Source: Sphyrna mokarran
Taxonomy: Eukaryota
Reading direction: 5' to 3'
Assembly (NCBI GenBank): GCA_024679065.1
Contig: JAGIQG010000021.1
Location: 35,774,001 to 35,838,000 of the forward strand
DNA length: 64,000 bases
Shown: positions 13,711-26,964 of the stretch, in pieces
How positions within the stretch are numbered: position 1 is the first letter of the stretch
Layout: each line of letters starts with the position of its first letter
The notes under the pieces: model-generated
The model's database searches: none
What the model was told of the DNA's origin: nothing
What the model saw: only the letters and a program-made list of their open reading frames with translations
Translations under genes and position numbers: made by a program

Positions 13711-15679
13711 TAAAAAGCAGCGCCGTCTCTATCTTGCGATCGTTAAGTGACTTCAACACGTTTTTTTTTAAAAATGCATTAAATTTAATATGTTTCCATG
13801 TACAGAGGGGTTTTCATTTCAAAAGCTTTGAGGCCGGGCTCGAAACATTAACTCTGTTTTCTCTCTCCACAGTTGCTGGATTTCTCCAGCATTCGCGGTT
13901 TCTATTTGTAGTAGAAATAGATGCCTCTATTTCCTGATAGGGGTGGCGTGGGGTGGATTGAATCGCAGTTTCGCGAAGCTGAACCCTTGGAAACGTGTCT
14001 TTTGTTAAAAGTTCACCAAGCCCGCTGCGTTGTTCCGTTATATTTTTCGAGCTGTTTCTCCGCGGATTGCTTTCACTCAAGATTTAACTTTTGCTTACAG
14101 CTTTTCAAAACTTTTAACACCAACCCCGCACCAGCACTCAACCTGCAGAACGCCTTTCCTTGACTGGCTTCATACCGATCAACTGAAGTCGCAGTTGTGA
14201 CTTCTTCCTACTTTTTATACAGTCCACGGTTGGTTAAAAAAAAGTTCAAAATTGCGGGGAAATGAATAGTTCTAAATGAAATAAAGTTAACAATTGTTTC
14301 AAAGTAATTTTTGAAAGCGGAATGTGATCACTCTTCTGACCAAAGTTCTTATTTCTATTGAAGAGTTTTTACATTCAACAACAGGCACTTTGTTAAAGTT
14401 ATTATTTCGTCTAAAACAATGGTCAGAAACAGGTTGGTAGTTAGTATAACATTGCGGGGGGGGGGGGGGGGGGGAGAGTGAAATTTATGAGAAGGTTACA
14501 ATCATTCTTGGGCTCCGGAATAGAAAAGTAACCCACACTCAGGAGGCGATAGATGATGGATGAGTACCGTTCTCCTGTCATTCGGGATGTCTGCTTGTGG
14601 GGTAGAATATTCATCTGACTGTTCCTCTGTCCCGTCCCGCCTCTAATAGGCGTACAGTGAAATCTACACGGAAACGCAGACAGAAACATTCCCCGCGCTG
14701 CCTTGTCTCCCACCGTCTCATTCCCTTTCCTAATGAATTTAACTCATTGCCCTCTTGTTCTGCGGACCAGGCGCGGAGTGCACGGAAATCCCGACTCGGT
14801 TTCATTTGTAATTCATGGAAACCCAGGCGCGGATGAGACAGCGATGCCGGATGCTTCAACACGCGCGACTAATACATCCCGGGGACTGGCGATTCTTGGT
14901 CAAGTATAAACCGCGGCGAGGGCATGCTCAGGCGGCGTGTGGCGACTCTTTTCTTGGGAACTGTCATATTCCACAATCTTTTCATTCTCGCAAGCATCTG
15001 AAAACCTTTCGCTTCACTGGCGGTAAACACCAGACTAGAACCAAGCGATTGGAGCTTCTCAATTATAGCAGCGAATGGAAGGTTTGTCAGAATGTTTGTC
15101 AAGTGGATACGGGAATGATTGGTAGCTCTGAGTCTACGGGACAAATTGCATTTTCCCTCTACAATAATCAACGATTAAATTAACCCGACATTTTCTGTAA
15201 TTGATGCTTGCAGTTGCAACAAAACGAGGGAGACACCAATGTTGTTCCGCTAGTCCCCTGAGGCGAACGGTTTGTCATCCTCGATGTTGCGTTTGCTATT
15301 TTATGAAATCTCCCCCTCCCCACGCCCCACCTCACCCCCGCCCCACTCCGAGGCGATGAGGGTGCTTGAGGATTGCCCTTTGCTGAGACCTTTTTTCCAT
15401 CTCAACGCCACAGATAATTTAGCAAAAGCCTTGAACTCCTGTCAACTTACGAGCCAGTGTCTAAACTCCTTTATTCGTTACAATTTCCTGTCAACAACAG
15501 TTCATCTGTTTTTGGAGGTGATAGAAGTTAACAGAATACCAAATGTTGCAAATCTTGGTCAATTATATTTAGAACGGCGACACAAAGCGATTGAATATGT
15601 TGTTGCAATTTTGAATGTGTGCGTGAGGAGAGAACTCTCTTTGTGTGACTTTACTCGTGTTTAGCAGTGTTGTCAGACC

Positions 15680-16050
15680 GCATGTGTACGTGGGAGAGAG
15701 AGAATATGTGTGTATGAATGAATTTGTGTGTAAATGTGTCTGTCTGTGAGAGTGTGTACGTGTGTGAATGTGCGTGTAAGTGTATATAAGTTTGCAAGTG
15801 TGTATAAATGTGTAAATGTGTGTATATGTAAGCGTATGTAAGTATATGTATATATAAGCATGTGAGTAAATGTTAGTGTAAGGAAGTGTATGTGTGTGTG
15901 TAAATCGGTGTATGCGTGTAAATGTGTGTTTGTGTGCAAGTGTTTGCGTAAGTGTGTAAATGTTAATGTGTGCGTGAGTATAAATGTGCGTGTAAGTGCA
16001 TATATAATTTCGTGTGTGTGTGAATGTCTGTGTATATGTCTGTCTGTACA
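15680..16050. repeat. Degenerate (TG)n/(TGTA)n microsatellite
   Basis: Interrupted TG/TA dinucleotide repeats. Confidence 0.9.
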
Positions 16051-18597
16051 TTAGAGACGGGAGGATGTAAAATGAATTCAACTTAAGCTCTTCCTGACAT
16101 CCAGAGAGCATCACATCGATTCATTTTGCCCTGTAAATTATGTTAGGGAGTTACGGAAACTTTTATCAACTCCATGCCTCCTCCCCCCAGTTAAAGGAGG
16201 ATCGGGCGACTGAAACCATTAGACTACGGTCATGGCTGGGTGAAACCGGTTTAGATTCTACCTTTATCTGGAGCTGGCAAATCAGACTGAGAGAATAGGA
16301 TGAAATACTGATCATCTCAGGGGCAGCTTAAATTCGAGCACTGGGCGATTCTATGCACCCCTTGGAACACCCTGAGATGGTTTTTGATATTAGCAGCATA
16401 ATAACCTAAAGAATAAGATATACAAAACCCTGCCTGGCGTACACGGTGTCATGTTCATTGCAGAACACTGTCCTCCTGGTGAAGTGGAATAAAACTTGAA
16501 GTGTTTCTCTCGTTTAAACGCGGGCGGTCATTTGTTTAAAACGATGGACGCTATTGAGATGAATAAAACTGCAAATATGTCCTGACAGATGAAGCAGCGA
16601 GGCAATCAAGGATCGGTTAATTACCCTCAGTTGGGAAGGAGTTTCATATCTCGAAGGTTCACAAGTACAAACCGGGTTATGTGCACTGAGATGGTGCGGC
16701 AGTGTTTCACATTGGAGATGGAGAGTGCATTGGTGTGCAACTTCTAATTCTAATAAAACACACGTGGCAAAATCAATCACCTTAACATGAAACAAGAGAG
16801 ACAGACGTCACTTTGTTTCCTTCAGTTGAAATGATGAACTACCAACTTTTTTGGGGGGGGGCTTGATATTTACAAGGAGTCAAAAATATTTTTCCCCTCT
16901 TCGATATCAAAGAGGAATATCACTTCAGCAAAACTTATCCTTTACACATTTCACTTTTTTTCTGGGAAGTATGAACATTCAGGAAGAAAGAAGGTTAAGT
17001 TTCAGTTTCCGGAGTTTGCTATCAGACGCTTGTTTATGTTTTTTAAATAGTTTAGCCGCCAGAGGTTTAAACGCAAAGTCTAAAACCGGCGTGAAGAGTC
17101 TTTGTAACCTGTCCGGGATGTGGTCAAGAACCATTACCAAAACAAAAACTACTCCATTCCCAAAATTCCCCAAACTCTCGGTCTGTCTTTCTGTCTTCCT
17201 CTGGATAGACCCATTATTCCTTACAAACTCGACTTCCATTCTAAGCCTGAAATATGAAGTGCCGGTGAATGGTCGGGGTAATATTTAATATCCTGCGAGG
17301 TAGCCTCCCCCCCCACCTCTTTTTTTCCCAGGCAAATGAACTACAACCCAACCAAATGGTTCACATCTGTTTGGGCGCTTCTTCTGTGTTTGCAAATTAG
17401 CATTAAAATATGGGTAAACAATACGGGAAAGCCGTTTCTAGATCACAGGACACAGACAATGATTACTGGACTAAGAGCCGTGCCAAAAGCATCTGACATG
17501 GTTCCACCAGATGTTTTTACATCTCTTATAGCTTCCTTCCTCTGACAAAAAAAATCTACACGCACACACACATAAACACACAAACTTCTGAGTTTGTATT
17601 TTTCTTAATGAAGTGACTAAACGCCACCCAAGTCCAGTTTGGTTTCTTATCATTCATCCTTCTCATTTCTTTTCCATATATATGTATATCATACACGCAC
17701 ACACACATACACACACACACACATATTTCTAAACGGTCTAGTGTTGAATGGTTAATCCAGCTTTGTGTTTGTATCCTCTATTATATGCTAGAAGTTTTCC
17801 CACAGAGAGCAAAGTGAATCTAACAACCCGAACACACATTTCACAAGTCAGGTTGGCTATGGTGGATCATAACAGTGCAGGCTGTCTAATAAATGTTTAC
17901 ATTGTCTCCCTGCCAATGGGCTAAATTAAATGGAATTCAGCTGAAAATTGATCAAGTGATAGCCTGGTATCCCAAGAAATGTCACGCTTGGGCTCCAATT
18001 CCTATAAATTGCTGATAAGGCCAGCTCACTTTCAAGTCTCCGTGCTCGCTTAGTCTTTCAGTACAGAATTAAAACAAAAGCTCAAACGAAATCTCTATTT
18101 CCCACACGAAAAGAAGAAAGGCCATTCATTTCTCAAATGCGTTCGGGCATCTGGCATCCGTGTGCTGACCATTAAAAGGGGGTGATCTGGCAACTTTCCA
18201 CGTTTGGATCAAGGCACCCTATTTATTTTGCCCGGCGAATTCTGTCCTTCCCTTTACGCCCGGGATCCACCCGATTGTGTAGACCACCCCGCGGCTACTA
18301 GTTTTAGTATTTCTGGTTGCTGAGATTATTCTGTCAACTGTAATGTGGAGAGTGCCGAGAAATGAGAGTGAGAGTGCAGGCTGGATAGATATGTTGCGAT
18401 TAGACTGAAAACTCCACATGATAACAGACTGGGTATCTGGTAGTGGAATGTTGATCATTGGTCAACTTCGTATCAACTCTACCGACCCGTGTGACACCAA
18501 TTTTCTAAATTACCAGATTGGGGGTAAGCAATGTCTAGTCTTATCCGTTTCTTTTATGAACGTTCTTCAAATTGACAGATAATAAACTGTACTAAAG

Positions 18598-19460
18598 AAA
18601 CACTTGCATTTACGAATGACTTAATTATAGTCTCATTATTTAAACTCTCTTATGGTACTCAGAAAGTTATTACATTATGTTGTATTGCATTATATTATAT
18701 TGCATTGTGCTTTATAGAACCTGAAAATGCCTTAAGGTCTCCGCAACCAATTTTAAACGGGATCACTGTTAAAATGTCTTGTTGTAATGTTGGAAGAATA
18801 ACAGCCAATTTACACACAGCAAGCTCCCAGAGGCTGTTGTGTGATAAGCGGATTGTCTGTTCGTTATAATTATAATCATTTAATTGTATATTATCAATCA
18901 AATCGATCACGGGTGACAAACTCTTCAGTTGTCACGCTCCAAGCTCTGAAATTCCTTTCTCGGACCTCTCAAACTCTCCTCTTTTAAGAATCTCTTAAAC
19001 TCACCAAGCTTTTGTTCATCTGACTTTTATGTTGTTGGGTGCGCTACTTTATTTAACAAAGCTCCCATGAAGCGACTTTGTGTTAAAGGCGCTTGGTAAA
19101 TATGAAATTATTGCTGAGGAATAAATATTGGGGGTGGGGGGAGTGTTAGCACTGGAACTCACCATTGATTCTTTGGCGGGGTTTTTTTTTATATCGATCT
19201 GGGATTTCATTTTCATTCATTAGCAGGATGTGGGTGTTGCTGGTATCGCTTACCCCCTAGTTGTCCCCCAGAAGGTAATGGTGAGCTGCCTTCTTGAACC
19301 ACTTAATAGCAGACAGGGTTTCGGTTTACATGTCACTGGAAAGATGACATTTCAGACAATGCAGCATCTCCTCAATACTGCACAGCAATGCCAGCCTGGA
19401 CTGTGGGCCCGAGGTGGGAATTGAACACAGTGGCAAGAGGGCGAATAGCAGAAGCACAAC
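18598..19460 (-). mobile_element. Deu-domain SINE (SacSINE1/AmnSINE1-like) split by two later insertions
   Basis: Tail cttgcattta, core cagccaatttacacacagcaagctccca, resuming at 19115 (gaggaataaatattgg) and at 19310 (gcagacagggtttcggtttac...tgcagcatctcctcaatactgcac). Confidence 0.6.
18920..19112 (+). mobile_element. L2-like LINE 3' end nested in the DeuSINE
   Basis: aagctctgaaattccttt...ctcctcttttaagaatctcttaaac...accaagctttt...ctcccatgaagcgac...gttaaaggcgct, an L2-type terminal stem-loop tail. Confidence 0.55.
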
Positions 19461-20999
19461 TAAAGCCTGCATTTCACAAACTAAATGCAAAATATATGTT
19501 AACTATGACCTGAATTTATTCTTTTATTTAAAAGAAAACAAGTCTTCCATTAAAACTTAGCTTTTTCTCGGCCCGGCCACATTATCGGCCACTGAATGAT
19601 TAAATGAATGATTAGAATGTGCAATCAGTATAGATAAAGTCAATTTTCCAAAGGCTTCTTTAAGGAAAATCGAATATTAAAGCAAAAGTGATTATTTTGG
19701 AAGAGGGACAGGCACTGGTCACTTCATAATGACCAACTACTACCGGCATCAAAAACTGTACGAAGCTTATAGAATCATAGAATACCTACAATGCAGTTCC
19801 CCCCTTCAAAATTCTTGGCAAGAGATAATGTCACTGAAATCGGGAAAGAGCCTACTTAGAAATATCAACTGCAATGCAGAAGTGTAATTATAAATTGTTT
19901 TAAAGGTTTCTTTTTGTGTGGCTATGTGTATAATTATTATGTGTGGAAGGGACAAAACCACTGCAGGCGCCCTAAGTGTTAGGACTTTAACTTCTTCAAT
20001 GGCACAGTCCTTCCTCGACAAAAGGAATCGAAACCCAATAACCAAATTAAACAACAGTTGATTAATAGAAAGGTTATAGATGGAAGGATTCACTGCTACA
20101 ATTACAGATTAGAGGGGGCAGCAAAGTTCGCCTTTCGCTACCTGTAATCACCAGTGAGATTTATACAATTGAAAAGAAAATCGTCATTACCTGATCAGTC
20201 GGTAAACTTCAAGACCGTTGTCTATATCGTGTTAACTTTTTAGACAGCCAGCCTTCTTCCGACGCACAGCGCCAACTATGCGAGTTTTCCTCATTCACAC
20301 ACTTCCTGGGGGAAAAAAAAATCCTGGGAAAAGTTAGACGCGCGTTGGGGAGGTTTAATCGAGTTGCCTTGTATTAAGTCTTACAGCGTTGCTGTAATCT
20401 TTCCGAATTTAAACCACACCGAACAGTGCCCGTGTGGGTTAAAATGCTGCACCGTCAATCATATATCTTGGAGATTAGAATATTCTCCCGTCCTTTTCTC
20501 CCTTTGCAGAAACGCTGAGAAACGGGTGTTTGGTGAAATAAAGCCGCTCTGAGCCAGCTGCCAGCAGCCCTTTACACTAGCCTTCAGCCAGCTGTACAAA
20601 AAAAACTAAAACCCAATGAATCTTAATTGTTGCTGACCTTCAACCTGTGGAGAGCTTTAATTTGGGTTTAATTACCTTACTGCAACTCCTCCAAGTATAA
20701 TCCACACAGCGCGTCAAATGAATCAATTCTTACCGGATTCAAGTGCATATTCGGTTGAAATGAGCTTTTGACTTTCCGGTAAAAGGCTGGGAATGATCAG
20801 AGGGCCGTATTCAGTTATCCTTCCAGCCTTTACAGCTCGAAACTTCTCGGGGATAGGGTATTCATTTAATAAGATTGGTCCACTCCGCTGTAAAGGGTAT
20901 CTACACCGACTCGGGCGATGTTTTAGCAAAAGTGAAAATGCATCAAACTGCCCTCGTTAATGATTTCAAAACCAGGCTGTCTGAATTTATGGATGGGAA

Positions 21000-21365
21000 T
21001 GTCCTGCCTTCCTAAAGAATTTCCTGGTGGCAAAATCAGAATCCAGGTGTGGAAACGTTTCCGCCTGTGGAGAGACCCCAAACCAGAGGCGAGAATATAA
21101 CATAATTAGCAACAAATCTGAACTGTGAATCCAGAAAAATCTTTTTTAATTATAGAATGCTGGTGATGGGGAACGAGCTGTCACAAACAGCGGCTGAAGC
21201 AGAGATGGATTCAAGACAAAGTTGGACAACCATATGAGGGAGAAAGAAAGTAATGGGAAGGTATGTTAGTAGGGTGAGATGCAAAAAAGTGGGAGAAGGT
21301 TGTAGTGGAGCATAACACAGTGCAAGGGACCTGCTGGACCGATGACTTGTTACTGTACTGTCAAT
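21000..21365 (+). mobile_element. Old CR1 LINE 3' fragment
   Basis: Degenerate ORF2 end and a tail ending ...ctgctggaccgatgacttgttactgtactgt. Confidence 0.6.
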
Positions 21366-21604
21366 TTAACATCCATATCATTCGATTTATTTTTAAATGA
21401 CAAGAAACTAAAGGAGGAACTAGGATGAGTGGATAAATATTTAGATCAAATAGCTTCCAAGGAGGAGAGAGTTGAGAGCTTTAGATGTGAAATTCCAGAG
21501 TTCAGCTCACTCCTCCCGCCAGGTATTTGATCGCACATTCACCAGTAGCGAATAAAAGAAGTCAGGGACACGCGGGAGATCAATATTGAATTCATAAGAC
21601 GTTT

Positions 21605-21832
21605 CAGCACTGTCAGATATAAAAGTCTGAGATCACGTACCGACAGCTTCTTCTCTGCTGCCATCAGACTTTTGAATGGAACCTACCTCGCATTAAGTTG
21701 ATCTTTCTCTACACCCTAGCTATGACTATAACTACATTCTGCACTCCCTATGTACGGTATGTGTTGTCTGTATGGCGCACAAGAAACAATACTTTTCACT
21801 GTATACTAATACATGTGACAATAATAAATCAG
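21605..21832 (+). mobile_element. Rex1/Babar-like LINE 3' end inserted in a minus-strand L2-like remnant (~21440-21990)
   Basis: Encodes the terminal motif SFFSAAIRLLN and ends aatacttttcactgtatactaatacatgtgacaataataaatc. Confidence 0.55.
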
Positions 21833-22764
21833 AGGTCACACAGTTAAAGAAGGTTGAGTTCATGGAGTGACCATTTCCCGATTTGAATGTGATTATGAAA
21901 ATTTTAATATCAAGGACCTGGTGAACCAGAACCCCTTCAGCACTGGGGGACTGTGCGAGGGCGCTTAGCAGAATGGGCAACAGAGATTTGGACCAGCCTA
22001 TTTCCATGGGCTACAACTTACTGAGCACTGGAACAGTCGCATCTGATCTAAACTGGTTCCCAGTTGAGAAACGTCTCAATTTTCAAATAGTTTTCAAATC
22101 TCTGTAACTTCTTCCAACCCTATATCCCTTCGAGATATTTGTCCACTCCAATTCTGTGGCCTTACGTGCATCCCCGATTTATATTACAGGGGTGTCAATG
22201 AACAAAGAATAAATCTACACGCTAGCCCCAAATCAGCAGTCACCACACTTAAAACTAGAATAACAGCTTTTAAAGCGCAGTCCTGATTCGTTTCTTTCTG
22301 GACACTGAATGAGCTGATGTTTGTCATTGCACCTAGTTGGAATTCTCGATCGACACACGGGCTGATCAGTTTGAACAGTGATGTCTTCATTGAGCAGTTC
22401 TTATTGAAGCCCCTAGGTGGAGCATTACCTGTTCATGCCAGAAGTTACCAGGCGTTGTGCACTGTTAGCCAATGTGTAGCATTGAATCTCAGCTCACCAT
22501 CTCATTTCACTCCTTTCAATAATAAACCGAGTATAGATATGTTGAAAACAAGAGTAGTAATGAGAAAGCGTTCATTTTGTAATCGGAGTATCTCGACTTG
22601 GCGAACTGCATTAAAATACACGTGAAAGTAAATACTTGGGAGTAATTCTTTTGATAGAAATGAGCAAGTCACAGTACAATTTGAACCCGAACTTAAGATT
22701 CAATGCAAGACAAAGCATAGGCAGAAATATCGAATTAGAGATTAACGCTTAAAAATTGACAGAC

Positions 22765-23095
22765 TAAGCTTCCAAAGCAGGTAGAATCAATATCTTTTCC
22801 CAAAGGTAGTGGAGTATAAAACTAGAAGGCATAGGTTTAAGGTGAGGGGAGAGATACAAAAGTGTGCAGAGAGGCAATATTTTCCACACAGAGGGTGGTG
22901 AGTGTCTGAAACAAGCTGCCAAACTGATACAATTTTGTCTTTTAAAAAACATTTAGACAGTTACATGGGTACAATGGGTATTGAGGGATATGGGCAAAAT
23001 GCAGGCAATTGGGATTAGCTTAGGGGTTTTAAAAAAGGCAGCAAGGACAAGTTGGGCTGAAGGGCCTATTTCTATGCTGTAAATCTCTATGACTG
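22765..23095 (+). mobile_element. CR1 (HER1-like) LINE 3' end
   Basis: TRRHRFKVRGERY...FHTEGG remnant and tail gggctgaagggcctatttctatgctgtaaatctctatgact. Confidence 0.85.
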
Positions 23096-23189
23096 TAATT
23101 GCAGACAGTTCTGATAATGCATACACTTGTTATTTTGCTTGTTTTCTATCAGCCAAAATAAAACATTGATGTTTTATCCAGAGATAGCT

Positions 23190-23468
23190 ATTTGTCTGTG
23201 TGAAGCTTGCACATTCTCCCCATTTCTGTGTGGATTTCCTTCGAGTGGTCCAGTTTCCTCCCATAGTCTTAAAATGAACAGGTTGGGTGGATGGGCTATG
23301 CTAAATTGCTGCCCAGCATCTAACAATGTGTAGGTTGGGGGGATTAGTGGGTAAGTATGTGGGCTTATGCAGATAGGGGAGAGGATGGGTCTGGGTAAGA
23401 TGGTCTGTCACAGTATCATGCAGACTTGATGGGCTAAAAGGCCTCCTTCTGCTCTAAAGGGATTCTTT
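23190..23468 (+). mobile_element. HE1-like V-SINE (5' truncated) with CR1-type tail
   Basis: V-domain tgtgtgaagcttgcacattctcccc...cagtttcctccca and tail gatgggctaaaaggcctccttctgctct. Confidence 0.75.
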
Positions 23469-24261
23469 GACTTATAGTAGTGGATACCATTGCTAAAGGT
23501 GATAGGGCTGATGTAGCATTTAATGGCAAGAACATCTGTAGTATGAAATGTATTATCCTGCTGCTAAAATTGAAGTCTATTTCTAAGGTTGAGCTTAATT
23601 TCATATTTAAAGGTTAATTTCACATACATGCCAGTTACTCATTTTGCAACATTCTTTTATATTGGAACAGTGATGTTGGTTGCGAGGCACAGGTATGGTC
23701 GATTCAATCATTCTTACCTCCTATGTATATTGTTGTGTGATAAATACTCAAAGTTTGATGCTGTGCAGAGGTGATTGATCCTATTTCAGGCATCTTTCGT
23801 TAATATGTTATGACCACTGGATGTTACAAGACATTTATATTTTAAACGGTCTTCTTTAATTCAATATACTGAGAGGGCTTGTGACCTCACAAGAAGGCTG
23901 GCCAGAGACAAGTCCTTATGATCTGGTTGCTATAAGACCAGGAACCCAGGTTAAAACTTATTGAAAGTAAGGTGCAAGTTTCAACATCGGAACACAAAGG
24001 AGAAGGTAGCAAATTCTTGTTGCTTGCAGATTCATACTCTCAGAGGCAATCGAACTGAGTCTTACGAATGACTTTACCAGATTGAAGAAAAAGTTATGAA
24101 CCATAGAGGGAAATGCTAATGAGGATGGAATCCATGTTTACTAAACAAAAATTCTAAAGAGTTAAATACCACAAATCAGTGCAAGTGCTTTGTAACAGGA
24201 AATCTATTTGACTATGCTCAAGGACTGAGTGAAAGGGAGTTTTTTTTTAAAAAAAGGATGA

Positions 24262-24733
24262 AGCTCTCGAGGGAGTGCAGCAAAGGTTTACCAGGATGAT
24301 TCTGGGGATGGTAGGACTGATGTATGAGGAGCGATTGTCTAGATTAGGATTGTTTTTGCTGGAGTTCAGATGAATGAGGGGCGATCTCATAGAAACTTAT
24401 AAAATTCTAACAGGACTAGATAGGGGGGATGCAGGGAGGATACTGGGTGTGTTCAGAGCTAGTGGTCACAATCTGAGAATTTTGTGTAGAAGATTTAGGA
24501 TGGAGATGAAACAATTGTGACCCTGTGGAATTCATTATCACAGAAATTATTTGATGCCAATACTTTGAAAGTATTCAAAAGGTGGCTAGATATAGCACTT
24601 GGGGGCAAACAGGATCAAAGGTTGTAGGGAGAAAGCAGGATTAGGCTATTCAGTTGGATAATCAGCCTTGATCGTGATGAATGGTGGACCAGACTCAAAA
24701 AGCCAAATTACCTCCTCCTGCTCTTATCTTCTA
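24262..24733 (+). mobile_element. CR1 LINE 3' fragment
   Basis: LEGVQQRFTRMILGMVGLMYEERLSRLGLFLLEFR...RGDLIETYKILTGLDR, the CR1 ORF2 C-terminus, followed by the tail. Confidence 0.88.
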
Positions 24734-24811
24734 AGGAATATTTACCCTGGTAAAGTAAGAACAAGAGATCCGGGAAGAGCTTTGGACTTTAATCACAACA
24801 GTACAGTTCTG

Positions 24812-25012
24812 CAGAGTCCAAAGATGTGCAGATTAGGTTGATTGGCTATGCTTAAATTGCCCCTTAGTGTCCTGAGATCTGTAGAGGGATTAGTGGGTAA
24901 AATACGTAGGGATATGGGGGTAGGGCCTGTGTGGAATTGTGGTATGTGCAGACTCAATGAGCCAAATTGCCTCTCTCTGTACTGTAGGGTTTCTATGATT
25001 CCTATGATTCTA
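24812..25012 (+). mobile_element. HE1-like V-SINE 3' half
   Basis: gtccaaagatgtgcagattaggttgattggctatgc...ctgtactgtagggtttctatgattcctatgattctatg. Confidence 0.8.
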
Positions 25013-25294
25013 TGAATTAATGTATAAATGCACCATGAAGTTTGATTGTGTTAAAAAGTTACTGGGAAATACTTCTATGTAATTTATTGCATTAATTGCC
25101 TATTAAGTAATGTTTAGTCAATGTTGATTTAAATTTGTTACAGTAAAAATTTTCAGACATGAAATCTTGTCATGTGATCTTTTTCATAGCTTACTGAGAA
25201 CTTTATATATAGGTCTCTACAGATGTTGTAATGTTTTGTATGATACTTGATCAGCTGAAGTATTATATTCACAAAGAAGGACATAAACGTTGAT

Positions 25295-25835
25295 TGTGTA
25301 CTTATCAATTAAAGTACTTTTGAAGTGTAATGATTGCTATAATGTAAGAAACAGTGCCAATTTGTGCACAGCACATTCTCACAAACAAAATAGGACAATT
25401 AGCAAATAATTTGTTCTTACTGATCTTACTGGGACAAATAATGAGAAGGACACTTGGAAAACTCTGCTGCTTTCTAAATAGCATCATGGCATCTCTTAAA
25501 TTCAGCAGAAGGGGCAGATGGGCAGAAGTTGCTGTATCTACTACATGACCAAGAATAAAAGTCAAATGTTAAGGTATCTTTTTTGACACAGGTAATGTAC
25601 TGTGTTTGCCAAATAACCAAGCCCATTGAATGTAATTGCCTAGATTTAACCAAGGAAAAGTCTTCACTTTTCCATGTTTTGTTGATAGTAATAGTTCAGT
25701 AATAGTTTGTTGAAAGATAGCACCCATGACTGGACTGTTAGCCCAGATCATGTATTTTGATTTTCTGAAGTGGAACTCAAAGTGCAAAACCTTGTGATTT
25801 AGTGGGGAATGTGCTGCCACTAAACCAGTAGCCAA
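25295..25835 (-). mobile_element. Deu-domain SINE interrupted by a 155-bp inverted insertion (25526-25680)
   Basis: gtactttttgaagtgta...gccaatttgtgcacagc...ggggcagatgggc, then after the insert tgaaagatagcacc...gaatgtgctgccactaaacca (tRNA-like head). Confidence 0.65.
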
Positions 25836-26485
25836 TCACAATCAAAAACAAGTTATATATAAATAATAAACCTATGATGAGGAATTATTGAGAAAAGGCA
25901 AGATCAATCAATCAAGCCTGAACCATCTGCAAACTCCACCAACAAAGCACTCATATAGATTATGAAAATATCTTCAGCTGCCACTTTGATTTCTTCAATG
26001 TGAAGATTTCCCAACAAGGTTAACATAAGAAATGCTGAATTTACAGGAAAATATGAAAACTGACATGCATTTCCAGTGTTTGAATTGTCTTTAAACACAT
26101 TTTCTACTGGAGGCCTGTGGCTCTCTTAAAAAGGATGAGACTGGAGTTCATGGTGTTTTCCCAACTTGGCAACATCAACTGAAAGGATTAAAGGGCAATC
26201 AACTACAATGTCCAGTGTGCACCAAGTCATACTGTTTTTATGATCGGCCCTCATCATTGTCAATTGTTGAGGACCCAATATCTCAAGAAACTATTGTAGG
26301 GGACTGAAATCAGTTCAAATGTTTATTTATAAAAACATGGAAAAGTGAAGACTTTTCCTTGGTTAAATCTAGGCAATTACATTCAATGGGCTCGGTTATT
26401 TGGCAAACACAGTACATTACCTGTGTCAAAAAAGATACCTTAACATTGACTTTTATTCTTGGTCATGTAGTAGATACAGCAACTT
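25526..26485. repeat. Inverted repeat pair 25526-25680 / 26332-26485
   Basis: The arms are reverse complements with only two differences (one A indel, one CpG>CpA); spacer ~650 nt. Confidence 0.95.
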
Positions 26486-26964
26486 TATTTATATATCCAC
26501 ATTAGAACAGCTAACAATAACAAAAGAATAATTCTGGAAGGACTAATTTGAAGGGTTTTATTTTATGAATAAAATACTGACTTTTAAAACAAAATTTAGT
26601 AATTTAAGTATTGATGAAGAGAGAGGCAAGTAGTTGAAGCTTTCCATCTCACACTCACTGATAGTTAAATTTGATATTCCTACCTTTGTCCTGATGAGTG
26701 CAAGACAAAAAGCTTTGGTAATGTTTCTTTTTTCAGCAATATTCAAGTTCTGTACTACCAAGCGATTGTTAATGCAAAGTACCGAGTACAAAATATATAT
26801 ACTAATTATGATAATAGATGTTGAAAGATCCAGGAGTGGGATTACATTAATTTCATTTCAGAACAAAGATTGCCACAGCTGCAATGAGTAAACTACCTCA
26901 TTTTATATTATTTCTGTGATCTTTCAAGTCAGTTCCAAAAATTTGTGTATGACAATGACGTATA

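Noticed and set aside
15569-16114. His/Thr/Tyr-rich ORFs
   Set aside because: Translations of a TG/CA microsatellite.
13026-22425. CTCF-like motifs at ~13026-13040 and ~22408-22422
   Set aside because: Each deviates from the core at informative positions and cannot be supported without PWM scoring or ChIP.
25526-26485. MITE or DNA transposon with 155-bp TIRs
   Set aside because: No TSD or recognisable terminal motif, and the interior contains the continuation of the SINE interrupted by the left arm.
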